A stretch of DNA of 64,000 nucleotides, taken from positions 32,001 to 96,000 of the IMG/VR virus record IMGVR_UViG_3300042337_000070, one strand, 5' to 3'. This DNA is from a virus. Positions 45,360-55,704 of the stretch are shown here, piece after piece (the stretch's first letter is position 1; the number at the start of each line of letters is the position of its first letter). The position numbers and the translations under genes were made by a program. Under the pieces are notes generated by a model. The model did not search any database. It was not told the origin of the DNA and saw nothing but the letters and a program-made list of their open reading frames with translations.

Positions 45360-47111
45360 TTAGAACTTGCCAACAATTTCGGAGAAGGCGACACCGGTTC
45401 GAACAGCCACAAAGTTAAGATGAATATAGTTAATGCTGCGAGCAGGCTTGACGTAGATATCTCCTCTAAACTCGTTGCGGTCAATAACTTCTTGGGTGTT
45501 GTTTGATGTGTCACAAACTACCTTAAAGTCGTAGATACCACGACGGCCCTTAACGTCACGAAGGAAAGGTTCTACTAGAGCAACGAACTGGGCTCTTGTG
45601 AACTCATCGTTGAACTCGAATAGAGAATACTTGGCAGCCTTCGTGATTGTCTTTTCTAGGACAATGAATAGACGACGAACATTGATACGATCAAAGGCAG
45701 ATGGCTTGCGCTGCATTGTCTTATCGCCGTATAGAACAGTTCCTTCACCCTTGAATGAAACAACTGGGTTAATGTTTGCCTTGTATAGATCGTCTCTATT
45801 AGCCTTGGTTGGGTTCCAAGCAAGCTTGACAACGTTCTTAATCTGACCACGATTGAAACCAGCAGGTGAGAACCATGGGTCACGATCAAAGTCTGTTCTA
45901 GCACATAGACCAGCAATATCTCCGTTTAGTGGTACCCAACGATAGGTATTGTTATACTTATCGAACTGCTTCTTCCAGTTTCCGTCAAATACACCGTAAG
46001 ATGTTGAGTTGTAAAGGTTGATCTTTGAAGTAATATCACCTACTTCTGATCCTGCGTTATCCACGACGTTATTCATATCTGGAGAAACGAATCCAACGCA
46101 ATCCTTACGAACACCAACAATGCTTTCTAGAACATGTTCAGAAACAATTTGAGAGTGGGCGCCAGTCATAACTAGTGAAATGTCAACTAGTTCCGGATCA
46201 AGGAATAGCTCATATGATTGTTGTAGTTGAGCATCTGTAGGAGCAGCAACGACACCACCTGAGAAGTTCATAGTATAAGAAGCATTTGACTGTCCGTATC
46301 CTGTTGATACTAGATGTCCGGTTCCATTCTGAGTTGCAGACTCCATACCCCATGAGGATGTTTCTGAAACCTCAGTAACTTCATCCTGAGCATGTCTAAG
46401 AGCCCAAATATAATTTGATCTATTATTAACAACGTCAACATAAAAGTTTGATGATCCGTCGTCATTAACGGCATCTGATGCCTTAGATACGAATGAGAAT
46501 CTTTCTAGAACGGTGTTTGCGATACCATCAGATAGTTTACCTAGACGATCAACAACAATGATATGCATTTCGTCATTAGCACCACCCTTAGATGCGACAT
46601 ATGGAGATGTTCCTGTAACGCCTTCGAACTGTGACTTATATTCCCAAGTATCGTATGATACTGAATCTTCACTGGCCCAAATAGAAACTCTTAGTGAGTT
46701 ACCTAGTTCACCTGGATACTTAGCAGCAAACATACCATTGGTATTAGCAACAGTTGCAGATGTTCCGTTTAGAACATAGTTATTTTCGTAATCGTCTTCA
46801 TTCTTGATTGTTAGAGCAGTTGAACCAGTAGTTGCATTCTTTGCTACAGTTGTGTTAGCAGAACGAACTAGTCTTAGGTTATTGCCATAAGCTAGGAAGT
46901 TTGCAGCGGTAAACCATGATGTGAAGTTATTCTGGCTTGGCTTACCAAACCAACGAACAAGTTCAAGTTCATTGCTAATTGTCATAATCTGGTCGACAGG
47001 ACCCCAATCAAAGTTTCCGGCAAATGCCCCTTCTGTAGTAGATGCGGCAGGAACAATGGTCGTAAGATCGATTTCAGACCAAGTCACGCCTGGGGAAAGT
47101 GAATATGCCAT
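45360..47111 (-). CDS. gp18: Tail sheath protein gp18
   Basis: LSPGV, WGP, PWFSPAGFNRG, FDRINVRRLF, FEFNDEFTR. Confidence 0.98.
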   Translation of the reverse strand: MAYSLSPGVTWSEIDLTTIVPAASTTEGAFAGNFDWGPVDQIMTISNELELVRWFGKPSQNNFTSWFTAANFLAYGNNLRLVRSANTTVAKNATTGSTALTIKNEDDYENNYVLNGTSATVANTNGMFAAKYPGELGNSLRVSIWASEDSVSYDTWEYKSQFEGVTGTSPYVASKGGANDEMHIIVVDRLGKLSDGIANTVLERFSFVSKASDAVNDDGSSNFYVDVVNNRSNYIWALRHAQDEVTEVSETSSWGMESATQNGTGHLVSTGYGQSNASYTMNFSGGVVAAPTDAQLQQSYELFLDPELVDISLVMTGAHSQIVSEHVLESIVGVRKDCVGFVSPDMNNVVDNAGSEVGDITSKINLYNSTSYGVFDGNWKKQFDKYNNTYRWVPLNGDIAGLCARTDFDRDPWFSPAGFNRGQIKNVVKLAWNPTKANRDDLYKANINPVVSFKGEGTVLYGDKTMQRKPSAFDRINVRRLFIVLEKTITKAAKYSLFEFNDEFTRAQFVALVEPFLRDVKGRRGIYDFKVVCDTSNNTQEVIDRNEFRGDIYVKPARSINYIHLNFVAVRTGVAFSEIVGKF

Positions 47112-47158
47112 CTTTTACTCCTTTTTATAGGTTAGAATGGTTGTTTTCCATCTAATCC

Positions 47159-47166
47159 TATTTATA
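47159..47166 (-). promoter_or_regulatory. Late promoter TATAAATA upstream of gp18
   Basis: Exact T4 late-promoter consensus; also at 61196-61203. Confidence 0.8.
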
Positions 47167-47185
47167 GTTTTAAGTGTTTTCAGAT

Positions 47186-48862
47186 TTATAGCTTGCTGTT
47201 CCAGTCGTAACCTAAGTTATCAAAAGGATACATGCTTTCTCTCTCACGTTGCCATAAATCACCATTAGCATCCTGTTCCACATAATCATCTAAACCGTTG
47301 TCAATGAAACCAAATGGCACATTCTGAACATCTTGTAAGTATGATTGCTCTTTCTGTAGAGTATATCTGATATCATTTGAAACTGTTTCTTTAAAGAGTT
47401 TCTGTGCAGTTAACCAACCAAAATGAACTAGCGTCATTGCAAGGTCATCATTTGATCCTTCTTCTGCTTTAAACGTTTTCTTATCAGCCGAAAACGAAAA
47501 CAATTCTGTAATAGTATCTTCGTCGTTTAGTATGAGTTTATCATTTTCTACTAAAGTTTTTAGATTGGAACAACCAATCATTTTAGACTGTGCCGTTATT
47601 TTTAGACCAAAAGCCAACTTGTTTTTACCGGCAGCAAAACCTCCTGATGCCTGCATTCCTTGTTTACCTTTAATCTGAAACTTCAACAGATTTTCATATT
47701 CAAGTTCGAAGTGTAGAATGTCTGCAACCTGCAAACCGATAGAATTGATTTCAACAAGGACAAATGCCTCATTGTATTTCTTTGCTACCGAATAAATAAC
47801 AGCCGGTAAGAGCATAGGACTTATTTCATTATTACGGTATTTAGCTACTTGCCTGTAAGGTATTTGAGTTACATCAAAGACTGAAAATGCTGAGTAATCA
47901 AGTCCCTGACCTTCTGATACATCCACAGTAATAACATATGTATGTTTATGCTCAGGTTCTTCAAACACATCCATACATTCCATACGACGAATAGGTTCTT
48001 TCCAATGTAGAGATGCTAACTTAGCACCATTAATAAGAGTATTAGACGAACCAAGAAACTCACAACCAAACTCTTGGTCGAACTGACGCTGACTGGTGTT
48101 GCGAATAGTTTCTGCTGCCCACTCTGCATCTCTGCCAGGTACCATGCTCCAGTGAATCTCGATTGGAACATACGTGCTAGTCTTATCGACGGCCTTTGTC
48201 CACATCTTATAGAACAAGTTCATACCGTTTGGTGTAGAAACGATAACTACCTTAGAAGTCTTACCAGATGAAATGGTAGGATATGTTGAGTTGAAAAACT
48301 CTTCTGCGATATTGTTAGGAACGAACGCAAACTCGTCAAGAAAGATTAGATTGAACGAGAAACCACGAACAGATGATCCGCTAGTAGAGTCTGCCAATAC
48401 TCTTGAACCATTGGCAAGATAGATAGAACCCTTGTTCCATTCCTTGATGCCTTGCTTCAAAAACATAGGCAGATACTCAAAGGCCAGTTTTAGTTTGCCT
48501 AGTAGTTCTCTAGCAGTTGGTGCACGGTTAGCAAGAATAGCAACCACAAAGTTTTCATTGAACAATACCTGGTGTAGAATATATGCTACACTAGTAGTAG
48601 ACTTACCGACCTGTCGTGGTAGTTTGCAGATAGAGAAACGATTATCATGAAACGTTGAAAGCATACGTTCCTGAAAGTCCCACATTTCAAATGGGATTAG
48701 ACCACGGTCCACGTTGATGATCTTGATATACTTACGAGCAAAATAAACAGGATCCTCAGCACACTTGATATACTCGTCCAACTCATGTTGTGTGAATGAG
48801 TGGCGATATTGTTCATTAGGTAGATTTGGATTGTTCTGATAACTATACGGTGTTCTAGCCAT
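47186..48862 (-). CDS. gp17: Terminase large subunit gp17
   Basis: LPRQVGKST, FLDEFAF, VSTPNG, VDVSEG, DDLAM. Confidence 0.98.
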   Translation of the reverse strand: MARTPYSYQNNPNLPNEQYRHSFTQHELDEYIKCAEDPVYFARKYIKIINVDRGLIPFEMWDFQERMLSTFHDNRFSICKLPRQVGKSTTSVAYILHQVLFNENFVVAILANRAPTARELLGKLKLAFEYLPMFLKQGIKEWNKGSIYLANGSRVLADSTSGSSVRGFSFNLIFLDEFAFVPNNIAEEFFNSTYPTISSGKTSKVVIVSTPNGMNLFYKMWTKAVDKTSTYVPIEIHWSMVPGRDAEWAAETIRNTSQRQFDQEFGCEFLGSSNTLINGAKLASLHWKEPIRRMECMDVFEEPEHKHTYVITVDVSEGQGLDYSAFSVFDVTQIPYRQVAKYRNNEISPMLLPAVIYSVAKKYNEAFVLVEINSIGLQVADILHFELEYENLLKFQIKGKQGMQASGGFAAGKNKLAFGLKITAQSKMIGCSNLKTLVENDKLILNDEDTITELFSFSADKKTFKAEEGSNDDLAMTLVHFGWLTAQKLFKETVSNDIRYTLQKEQSYLQDVQNVPFGFIDNGLDDYVEQDANGDLWQRERESMYPFDNLGYDWNSKL

Positions 48863-49316
48863 TATCTTCTTTTTGTTTCTTTATAGCAGACAATAGTTCT
48901 GCCGCTGAACCAACAAAGACGGCTTGCTCAACGTTAATGTTACTCTCTGCATTCTTCTTACGAGGATCAGAGTCAGGGTTAGGATCTTTTAAGTCTTTTT
49001 TTGTCTTCTGGAGTGCGTATAGGTCTTTCGATGTTTCGCCAACAGTTTTGATGAGATTAGAAACAACCTCAAAACCTCTTGCACTTTCGTTTTGTCTAGC
49101 AATTGCTGCGATTTCTTCAATGGCGTCGTTCCCTTTTACGATAAGATTACGAAGGGTTTTTCTCACCAAAATGTAGTCTTCATCTTCATCTGTAAGATCA
49201 GGTGATGGATCGTAAGTAACGATCTCTTTACCTACTTCACCTGTAATCACTTCGACTTCCTTTGCGGGAACATATTCAATGCCTAGAGCATCGGACAAAT
49301 TTTTTTCAACACCCAT
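48855..49316 (-). CDS. gp16: Terminase small subunit gp16
   Basis: DY..VR..L..L, ARGFEV, AVFVGSAAELL. Confidence 0.92.
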   Translation of the reverse strand: MGVEKNLSDALGIEYVPAKEVEVITGEVGKEIVTYDPSPDLTDEDEDYILVRKTLRNLIVKGNDAIEEIAAIARQNESARGFEVVSNLIKTVGETSKDLYALQKTKKDLKDPNPDSDPRKKNAESNINVEQAVFVGSAAELLSAIKKQKEDNG

Positions 49317-49323
49317 AACTATA

Positions 49324-49644
49324 TTATCCTTGATCTTCCTCTGTTAAAGGTTCTGGAACAATTGCACCTGGTGGAGGAGGCACATCAGGCTTCAAAATAT
49401 CAGGAAAAATCTTTCTAAAGTCTTCGGCCTTTTTAACCTTATCTATATTAGGATCTTTTGTGATATCTCTAAGTGCTTGCTTCTTAGCAGCAATCTCGGC
49501 CTGTAATGTTGTGTCACCTGTCTCTACCGCTCTCATGAATTGTAGGTCTAAGTCTTCAAGCATAGGTGTTCTAGCACTTCTAAGAATATCTTTATAGATA
49601 TCTTTAGCCTTGTTCATATCTACTTTAATTACACTTTTGGCCAT
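49324..49644 (-). CDS. Tail fibre assembly-like protein
   Basis: R..R...L..LD..F.RAVE...KQALRDIT. Confidence 0.65.
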   Translation of the reverse strand: MAKSVIKVDMNKAKDIYKDILRSARTPMLEDLDLQFMRAVETGDTTLQAEIAAKKQALRDITKDPNIDKVKKAEDFRKIFPDILKPDVPPPPGAIVPEPLTEEDQG

Positions 49645-49937
49645 GGTTTTTCCCCTTCTGGAATGTCCGGTCTTGGTGGAATTGCACCCTGTTTCTCTGC
49701 TACCATTTTATTGATAACATCAGAATATCCCTGCCCATATCCGTCTGGTTTTGAAAAATCAACAACCCACGCACTTCTAAATGCTTGATCTGCTGGAATT
49801 TCAGATGCATCTAGAATTAGATATGGTGTTCCGACAGGGACATCTTTCTTTGCGACCTCCTCTGCCGGATATGGATCTGACGGCCATAATAGTGAAATTG
49901 ATCCGTTTCTATCAAATACGATTACCTTACTAGACAT
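49629..49937 (-). CDS. Fibre-associated hypothetical protein
   Basis: AKKDVP.GTPY.I...P.D..FR.AW...PDGYG. Confidence 0.7.
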   Translation of the reverse strand: MSSKVIVFDRNGSISLLWPSDPYPAEEVAKKDVPVGTPYLILDASEIPADQAFRSAWVVDFSKPDGYGQGYSDVINKMVAEKQGAIPPRPDIPEGEKPWPKV

Positions 49938-49946
49938 TTTTCATCC

Positions 49947-51914
49947 TTATCTAAAGATTGCCACATGAATGTGCTTGGCAGGATATGTACCTGGACCGTT
50001 CCAGTAGTAGTAGAAATAACCCCACCACCAATACCACCACCAATAGTTAGGTCCGCCCCAATGCCATGTGCATGATACTTCACAGAATGTAGTATGTAGC
50101 GTTCTGACAGTTAGCGATGTTCCTGATCCCCATCCAATTGTTCTAACTGGTGACTGAATACGGAAGAACTCTGGTGATGATGCTGTGCCTGTTACTGCAT
50201 AGTTTGTATCAGGCATTTCAAAATCGAAGTTTAGTTGATAACGGCCGTCACCAAGGTCTTCAACTGATGTGATGCCGCCGGCACCTCTGATTTGGGCTCG
50301 TTGAATATCACATGTACCGGTGAATGCCCAACCTGACGGGACATACCAACCATACACATAATACCACCACCACCACCAGAAGAACCAATACCAATAACCA
50401 TAGTATCCGTATGTATTAGGATACTCACACTCAATATATCCTGATGCTTGATTTACTGTTGTAATCTTATATGTTCTAGGATATCCTAGACGACGATTGC
50501 CGATAGCGAGCCAACAGGCAAACTGGAAACTATATCCATCAGAATGACGACGAATAGTTCCATTGCCTGTACCCGCAATATAAATTGTTGATTGAACTTC
50601 TAGGTCATTGTTAGCAGGGTCGGTGACATCAACTCTGAGAATGTTAGTGGTACCGTTTGCTGTGAATGTAAGACCTGTTAGTCCTGATGATGATGTTCCA
50701 TCAAAGTTAACCCAGGCACGACATCCATAAACTGGTGATGGATATCCATAACCAGAATCAAACTTAACGACACCGTTGGCATCAACAATAAGAGCATCTG
50801 CAATTTGATATGTTCCATCGTCTGCCTGTTTTAGAGTACCTGATCCGAATGGAATACCATTAGCAGAATAGAAATATCCACCGTATCCCTTTTCAGAGAA
50901 ACCTACAACACCGTTACCAGTATTAGCAGTACCAAATACACCATTACCTTTTTGTGCTAGTGTAAAGATAGCGTCATTGTTTGCGGTTGCTTCTGCTTTT
51001 AGTGAGTGATTGTTTGCTGATCTAGCGTAAACACCATACCAGTTATTTGATGTTCCATAAACACCGTTTGCAGATAGATTTAGAGTTCCACCAAACATTG
51101 TATTAGATGTGAACAATCTACCGTTAAATATTGCTCCGTCTGTATTTGGAAGAGCATTGTTAGCCACATTAAATGCAGCATTAGCAACTCTAAAGGCACC
51201 GTTGCCTGTTGTATATCCAGAGTTTGCTACAATATAACCTGCATTGATTGATGTATATGCCGAATTAACAACGGCGTAAGAGGTGTTGGTCTTAAAGGAA
51301 GCAGAGTTTAGATATCCATAAATTGCATTAGCTCTACTGAAAGATGCCTCTGCATTAGTTGCAACACCTAGAGCAAATGTATATGTACCTAGTGCAAGAT
51401 CGTAGGCATCATTTGCTTTTGTATATGCTCTGTTGAGTTTTGCGGCTTGTTCTAATGCTGTAGCATTAACATCAGCGATAGTGTTTGCTAGATTAAAAGC
51501 TGCATTAGCAACGGTAAACGCTGCATTAGCTTTAGTATGAGCATTAGCACTATTAAAGAAACTTCCATTAGCAAAATTGTATGCAGAATTGGCAATGATA
51601 CCTGCATCATTGGCAGTGTTAGCGGCGCTGTTAGCAATTCTAATGGCAGTCTGAGAAATGAGGATAAGATCATTTGCCTTATCAAAGGCTGCGTTTGCCG
51701 AATCAAATGCGGCCCCACCTAGTGTTAATAGATCGCCTGCATATGTTTCTAAATCTGTCTGTAGAGTTTCAACGTTAGCACTTAAGTTGGCCGCATGATC
51801 ATATAGTTCGGTAAAGTTATTATTGGTCTTACGATAAGCCACACGAATTGTATCGCCTGTACCATCGTTTGGATTATTACCAGTGTTAATCGTTTCTTTT
51901 GAAAAATCTGCCAT
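49947..51914 (-). CDS. Fibre protein: gp9/gp10-like N-terminus, ANxA coiled coil, C-terminal tip domain with W/Y-rich loops
   Basis: INTGNNPNDGTGDTIR..K.N.NF.ELY; CRAWVNFDG; GRYQLNF..MPDTNYAV. Confidence 0.8.
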   Translation of the reverse strand: MADFSKETINTGNNPNDGTGDTIRVAYRKTNNNFTELYDHAANLSANVETLQTDLETYAGDLLTLGGAAFDSANAAFDKANDLILISQTAIRIANSAANTANDAGIIANSAYNFANGSFFNSANAHTKANAAFTVANAAFNLANTIADVNATALEQAAKLNRAYTKANDAYDLALGTYTFALGVATNAEASFSRANAIYGYLNSASFKTNTSYAVVNSAYTSINAGYIVANSGYTTGNGAFRVANAAFNVANNALPNTDGAIFNGRLFTSNTMFGGTLNLSANGVYGTSNNWYGVYARSANNHSLKAEATANNDAIFTLAQKGNGVFGTANTGNGVVGFSEKGYGGYFYSANGIPFGSGTLKQADDGTYQIADALIVDANGVVKFDSGYGYPSPVYGCRAWVNFDGTSSSGLTGLTFTANGTTNILRVDVTDPANNDLEVQSTIYIAGTGNGTIRRHSDGYSFQFACWLAIGNRRLGYPRTYKITTVNQASGYIECEYPNTYGYYGYWYWFFWWWWWYYVYGWYVPSGWAFTGTCDIQRAQIRGAGGITSVEDLGDGRYQLNFDFEMPDTNYAVTGTASSPEFFRIQSPVRTIGWGSGTSLTVRTLHTTFCEVSCTWHWGGPNYWWWYWWWGYFYYYWNGPGTYPAKHIHVAIFR

Positions 51915-51945
51915 TGATTTGCTATCCTGGAAAGTTCTATTCTAT

Positions 51946-52956
51946 TTATGTTTCGGTATCAGGTGACTCGGTTATAGTAACTGTATAGCCATAATCGTCT
52001 GTTGGTTGTGCATTAACTGGATCTGGTTCAATTTTAATTTCAGCCAATAGTAATGGGTTCAAATCAAATGAACTAATCTGACATACACCATTTGTCGATA
52101 GGGCCCTAATGGTATCGTTTGCCTTGAACTGTCCCTGTGTAGCACCTAGAACAAGTTTACCTGTATTAGCAGAGTAATTGACAACAATACCATAGGCATT
52201 TGCTGTATTATAACTTGTTCCTGTGAACACATAATCTTCTGCTTTAAAGTTACCATTTGCATTGATAACATTTAACTTAGTAATATATCCACCAGCATTA
52301 AGTGAAGGATCATTGTAAATGTTTGCATACACTGTGCGAATGATCTTTGGATATGATATTGGACCATAGTAATGCATCTTCATGGTGAAGGTGAGAGTCC
52401 AATTAACATATCTTACCGAATCAAAGTTACCTTCATACTCGATATCATTAGCGACTGAGTTTAGAATAATAGGAATGTCTTTGATCGCACCTAAATCTGG
52501 AATCATATTCGTTGTAACGGTGAAATCTGGATTGAAGAACGGAAGAATCTGTTCAACAATATGTGTGCCGTCGTCAATATTACGAGCAAAGATATTCAAA
52601 GCAAATGTAACATCATATGGCACGCCCATATATGAGGCTGTTACATGAGTTGACGTATTTGATCTGGCTGCTCTGAGCATAGAATTTTGTTTACGAGTTG
52701 AATCGTAAGAGATGCCAGTAATTTCAAACGCCATGCGTGGCAAAATCTGTCCGACGCTTTTGAGCAAATCTGGATCAGAGAATAGACGAGTAACCATCTT
52801 TTCTTTAGGTGAATAGATGATAGGAACCAAAAAGCGTCCTGTCTCTTTACCTGTCTGATCGTTCTTACGAATGATTGTAATGTCGTCAAACAAACGTCCA
52901 AATAGAACAACTGCTTTTCTTGTTAGTTGGTGATAGAAATGACTGTTATCTAACAT
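51946..52956 (-). CDS. gp15: Tail sheath stabilizer/terminator gp15
   Basis: FYH..RK.V..FG.LF, VP..Y.PKEK, LPRMAFE, VEQILPFF.P. Confidence 0.93.
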   Translation of the reverse strand: MLDNSHFYHQLTRKAVVLFGRLFDDITIIRKNDQTGKETGRFLVPIIYSPKEKMVTRLFSDPDLLKSVGQILPRMAFEITGISYDSTRKQNSMLRAARSNTSTHVTASYMGVPYDVTFALNIFARNIDDGTHIVEQILPFFNPDFTVTTNMIPDLGAIKDIPIILNSVANDIEYEGNFDSVRYVNWTLTFTMKMHYYGPISYPKIIRTVYANIYNDPSLNAGGYITKLNVINANGNFKAEDYVFTGTSYNTANAYGIVVNYSANTGKLVLGATQGQFKANDTIRALSTNGVCQISSFDLNPLLLAEIKIEPDPVNAQPTDDYGYTVTITESPDTET

Positions 52957-53855
52957 TATGGTGTTCCAAACGGATTGCTTTCAGACAAGTCAAGAATACC
53001 GTCTGCCTCAGTCTTGAGGATCTGATTATCATAATCATCATATGGGTTGAAATCTGTCTTATCATCATAAGAGATAGAGCGGAAGTCTGCATGAGAAACA
53101 TTACCATACACATTAGCGTTTGCTCTAAACTGACCTACAACGTTGTGAACGAATAGAGCACCGTTTGCTTTATAATACTCAGAAACGGTTGCATATGCAA
53201 AGTTGTTTGCCCAAGTGCCATCTGTTGACTGATATACAACTTCTCCATCAAAGTAGTTTTGTTGAGCAAGATTGTATGCTGTATTACCGAGCATAATACG
53301 AGTTTTATATTGCACTTCTTCCGCAACTTGATCAATTTCATCAATACCTGTATTGATTTCTTCTTGACTATAACGGAATGCTTCACAACGCATTTCATAT
53401 ACAAATGGAAGACGGTTGCCAAGTGAATGAAACATAAGTTCCTGTTCAATAAACTTTATCTCAACCAAACTTTGTAATACAGGAATATATAACAAATCGC
53501 CCTCTTGCGGGCGCTGTCTAATAGTTGTTGGAAGCACTTTCTTGAATGCTCTTAGTGAGATAACAAGATTAGATGTTTCTCTAATCTCTAGTCCAAATTT
53601 AGAGAAGAAATCGTTGTCGCCTTCAAATCCTTCAAAACTACCTAAGTAGGCTTCAATTAGGTAGGCTTTCTCAAATCTAGATTTACTGTATTCACCAAAG
53701 ATCATATCACCTTCATCAAATGATTCTCTGGGAATGTAGTAGACGTTATGTCCCATAATCTGAATAGACTCAACAATAACGTCTTCCATGAGACGATATT
53801 CATTATTGAATCTATTCTGATTAGGGAAGTTATTGAAGTATCCGGATACGGCCAT
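52956..53855 (-). CDS. gp14: Neck protein gp14
   Basis: ESIQIMG..VYYIPRE, SKFGLEIR, RPQEGDLLY, SESNPFG. Confidence 0.93.
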   Translation of the reverse strand: MAVSGYFNNFPNQNRFNNEYRLMEDVIVESIQIMGHNVYYIPRESFDEGDMIFGEYSKSRFEKAYLIEAYLGSFEGFEGDNDFFSKFGLEIRETSNLVISLRAFKKVLPTTIRQRPQEGDLLYIPVLQSLVEIKFIEQELMFHSLGNRLPFVYEMRCEAFRYSQEEINTGIDEIDQVAEEVQYKTRIMLGNTAYNLAQQNYFDGEVVYQSTDGTWANNFAYATVSEYYKANGALFVHNVVGQFRANANVYGNVSHADFRSISYDDKTDFNPYDDYDNQILKTEADGILDLSESNPFGTP

Positions 53856-53856
53856 T

Positions 53857-54606
53857 TTATCCTACCAGAAAACCAGGAGGGGCTTCGTATGTATTTCTAA
53901 TCTCTTGTTCTACGGCTGCAATCTCATTCATGGCTTCCGAATAGATATCAGAGCCACGCATGGTGACACCACCGGGTAGTTGCATCTTATCAAACTTTGA
54001 CATGTTAGCACCCCACTGTTTCTTTACGTAAGCAGTGGCTAACCTTTTAAGCATACGATCATTCCAAACTTTTGTATATGTTGTTGGATCGGTAATAACA
54101 AACCCTTCAACAATAATAAACTCACCATCATCGACATCTGAATCCCAATCCCAATCGATATAGAATTTGTTTGTTAGACGATTGAATCTAACAGGTGTTT
54201 CTCCTGTAAAGATTAGGTCTAGAGTTTGTAGGTGCTGCATGGTCAATGAATAGTTGACATAAGATGTAGAAGACAAATCCCATAGATCGTTTAGTCGTAG
54301 CTGATAGCGTAGATCAAACATATTCATCGCCGTTTTACCTACACCGACTTTGAATACTCTTGTTGCACCTATTAGACCATCGCTAACCGTAATGTAACGA
54401 TTGATTTTGTCTTGTGCTGTTACTTGATGCTTAACGTATGTTCGTTCAGTTCCGTTAAAATGAAACTCATTCCAATATTCAAAAGCCATTTCAACAGCAT
54501 CGTTTACCTGCTCATCATCAACATTAATCTGAATAACAGGATGACCCAACTGTCTAAGACAGAAGTCCTTTAGTTCTTCACGATTTGCTGGTTGAGTTAT
54601 TGACAT
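53857..54606 (-). CDS. gp13: Neck protein gp13
   Basis: CLRQLGHPVIQINVDDEQ, KKQWGANMSKF, LPGGVT. Confidence 0.95.
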   Translation of the reverse strand: MSITQPANREELKDFCLRQLGHPVIQINVDDEQVNDAVEMAFEYWNEFHFNGTERTYVKHQVTAQDKINRYITVSDGLIGATRVFKVGVGKTAMNMFDLRYQLRLNDLWDLSSTSYVNYSLTMQHLQTLDLIFTGETPVRFNRLTNKFYIDWDWDSDVDDGEFIIVEGFVITDPTTYTKVWNDRMLKRLATAYVKKQWGANMSKFDKMQLPGGVTMRGSDIYSEAMNEIAAVEQEIRNTYEAPPGFLVG

Positions 54607-54640
54607 TGAATATCCTTATTCTTCTTATATTTAGTTACCG

Positions 54641-55099
54641 TTAGATATAAACAGGCATAGAAACAGGTACCATGTTCTGAGCATTCACATCAAATTCAAT
54701 AACAGCATTTGCAAACGATCTAAACTCGTTTATGCTATTGAATGTGTGTGTCTGTAGATCGGCACCGACCCAATCAAACGTGGATGCCCCACCAGGAAAC
54801 GTGCCATTCAAAGTATGATACATTAGAATAGAGTTAATTCTCTGTTGTGTATCCGGTCCATAAGCATATACACCTGTAATACTTGGATTTGTATTAGATA
54901 CGATTTCCATGAACATAGGTGGAAAGTAAGGGATAGGTTCTGGGTCTAGTGGTGTATTTCCTTCTGCTCTCCATGCCATATACTCGGCCCATTCATCGAT
55001 AAACTCTGGACCAATGATCATATTATCTGCTAGACGAACAACAGCATCAGTATCAAATCTTGCCTGATATCCTGTCAATCCAGTTGGTGTATTCGCCAT
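54641..55099 (-). CDS. Tail fibre assembly/chaperone-like protein
   Basis: V.RLAD...I...W.EY.AW.AEGNTP motif; start MANTP. Confidence 0.6.
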   Translation of the reverse strand: MANTPTGLTGYQARFDTDAVVRLADNMIIGPEFIDEWAEYMAWRAEGNTPLDPEPIPYFPPMFMEIVSNTNPSITGVYAYGPDTQQRINSILMYHTLNGTFPGGASTFDWVGADLQTHTFNSINEFRSFANAVIEFDVNAQNMVPVSMPVYI

Positions 55100-55113
55100 A
55101 TTTACACTTCCTT

Positions 55114-55704
55114 TTAGTTCCACCCGTAAAGGGATATTGTTCCTGATGATAAGTTACCTGCTGATGCGGCAATAACGATACCCTGAACTGTCAGAGTACC
55201 GTCGTTTGTAGAATCGTTATAGAATCCTCCGCCTATATTTATTCCGTTGTATCCGGATGAATACATGTATCCGTGCATATTCAACTCATAGTTCTTTAGA
55301 AGAATGTTACGTCTACAATCATAAATTTTGAAACTTCCCGAAATACCGCCACCAGCATAGTTTACAAAATGACCCGGATAGGTCAGAGGAATATAGTTAT
55401 AGTTTCCACCGTAGTTGATACCACTATTGTTACTCAATAGAGAATATAAAGAATTGTAATAATAGTTATCCGTCTGAGTTACATTGTTTGTAACTAGAAA
55501 TGCTTGTAAAGTTACTGATTGAGAAACAGGCACAACATTCCGAAAGACAACCTCATAATGTATAAAAGAACTGCTTGTGTTTAGACTAACGGAAGCAGAA
55601 TTGTTTAAAACGGTGTCGGATATAAACTGTCTGTTACCATCTGCCGTTGTCTGAATAGATGAATCGGGGAATAAGATTCCACTGTCATTTAGTGTTATTG
55701 GCAT
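55114..55704 (-). CDS. Small fibre-tip/adhesin paralogue 3
   Basis: GILFPDSSIQTT start; SGTISLYGWN end. Confidence 0.7.
   Translation of the reverse strand: MPITLNDSGILFPDSSIQTTADGNRQFISDTVLNNSASVSLNTSSSFIHYEVVFRNVVPVSQSVTLQAFLVTNNVTQTDNYYYNSLYSLLSNNSGINYGGNYNYIPLTYPGHFVNYAGGGISGSFKIYDCRRNILLKNYELNMHGYMYSSGYNGINIGGGFYNDSTNDGTLTVQGIVIAASAGNLSSGTISLYGWN

Noticed and set aside
50231-50434. Alternative Gly-rich frame over the first Trp run (programmed frameshift)
   Set aside because: Conserved domain motifs on both sides stay in the main frame, the alternative frame stops early, and a second W/Y run recurs in frame
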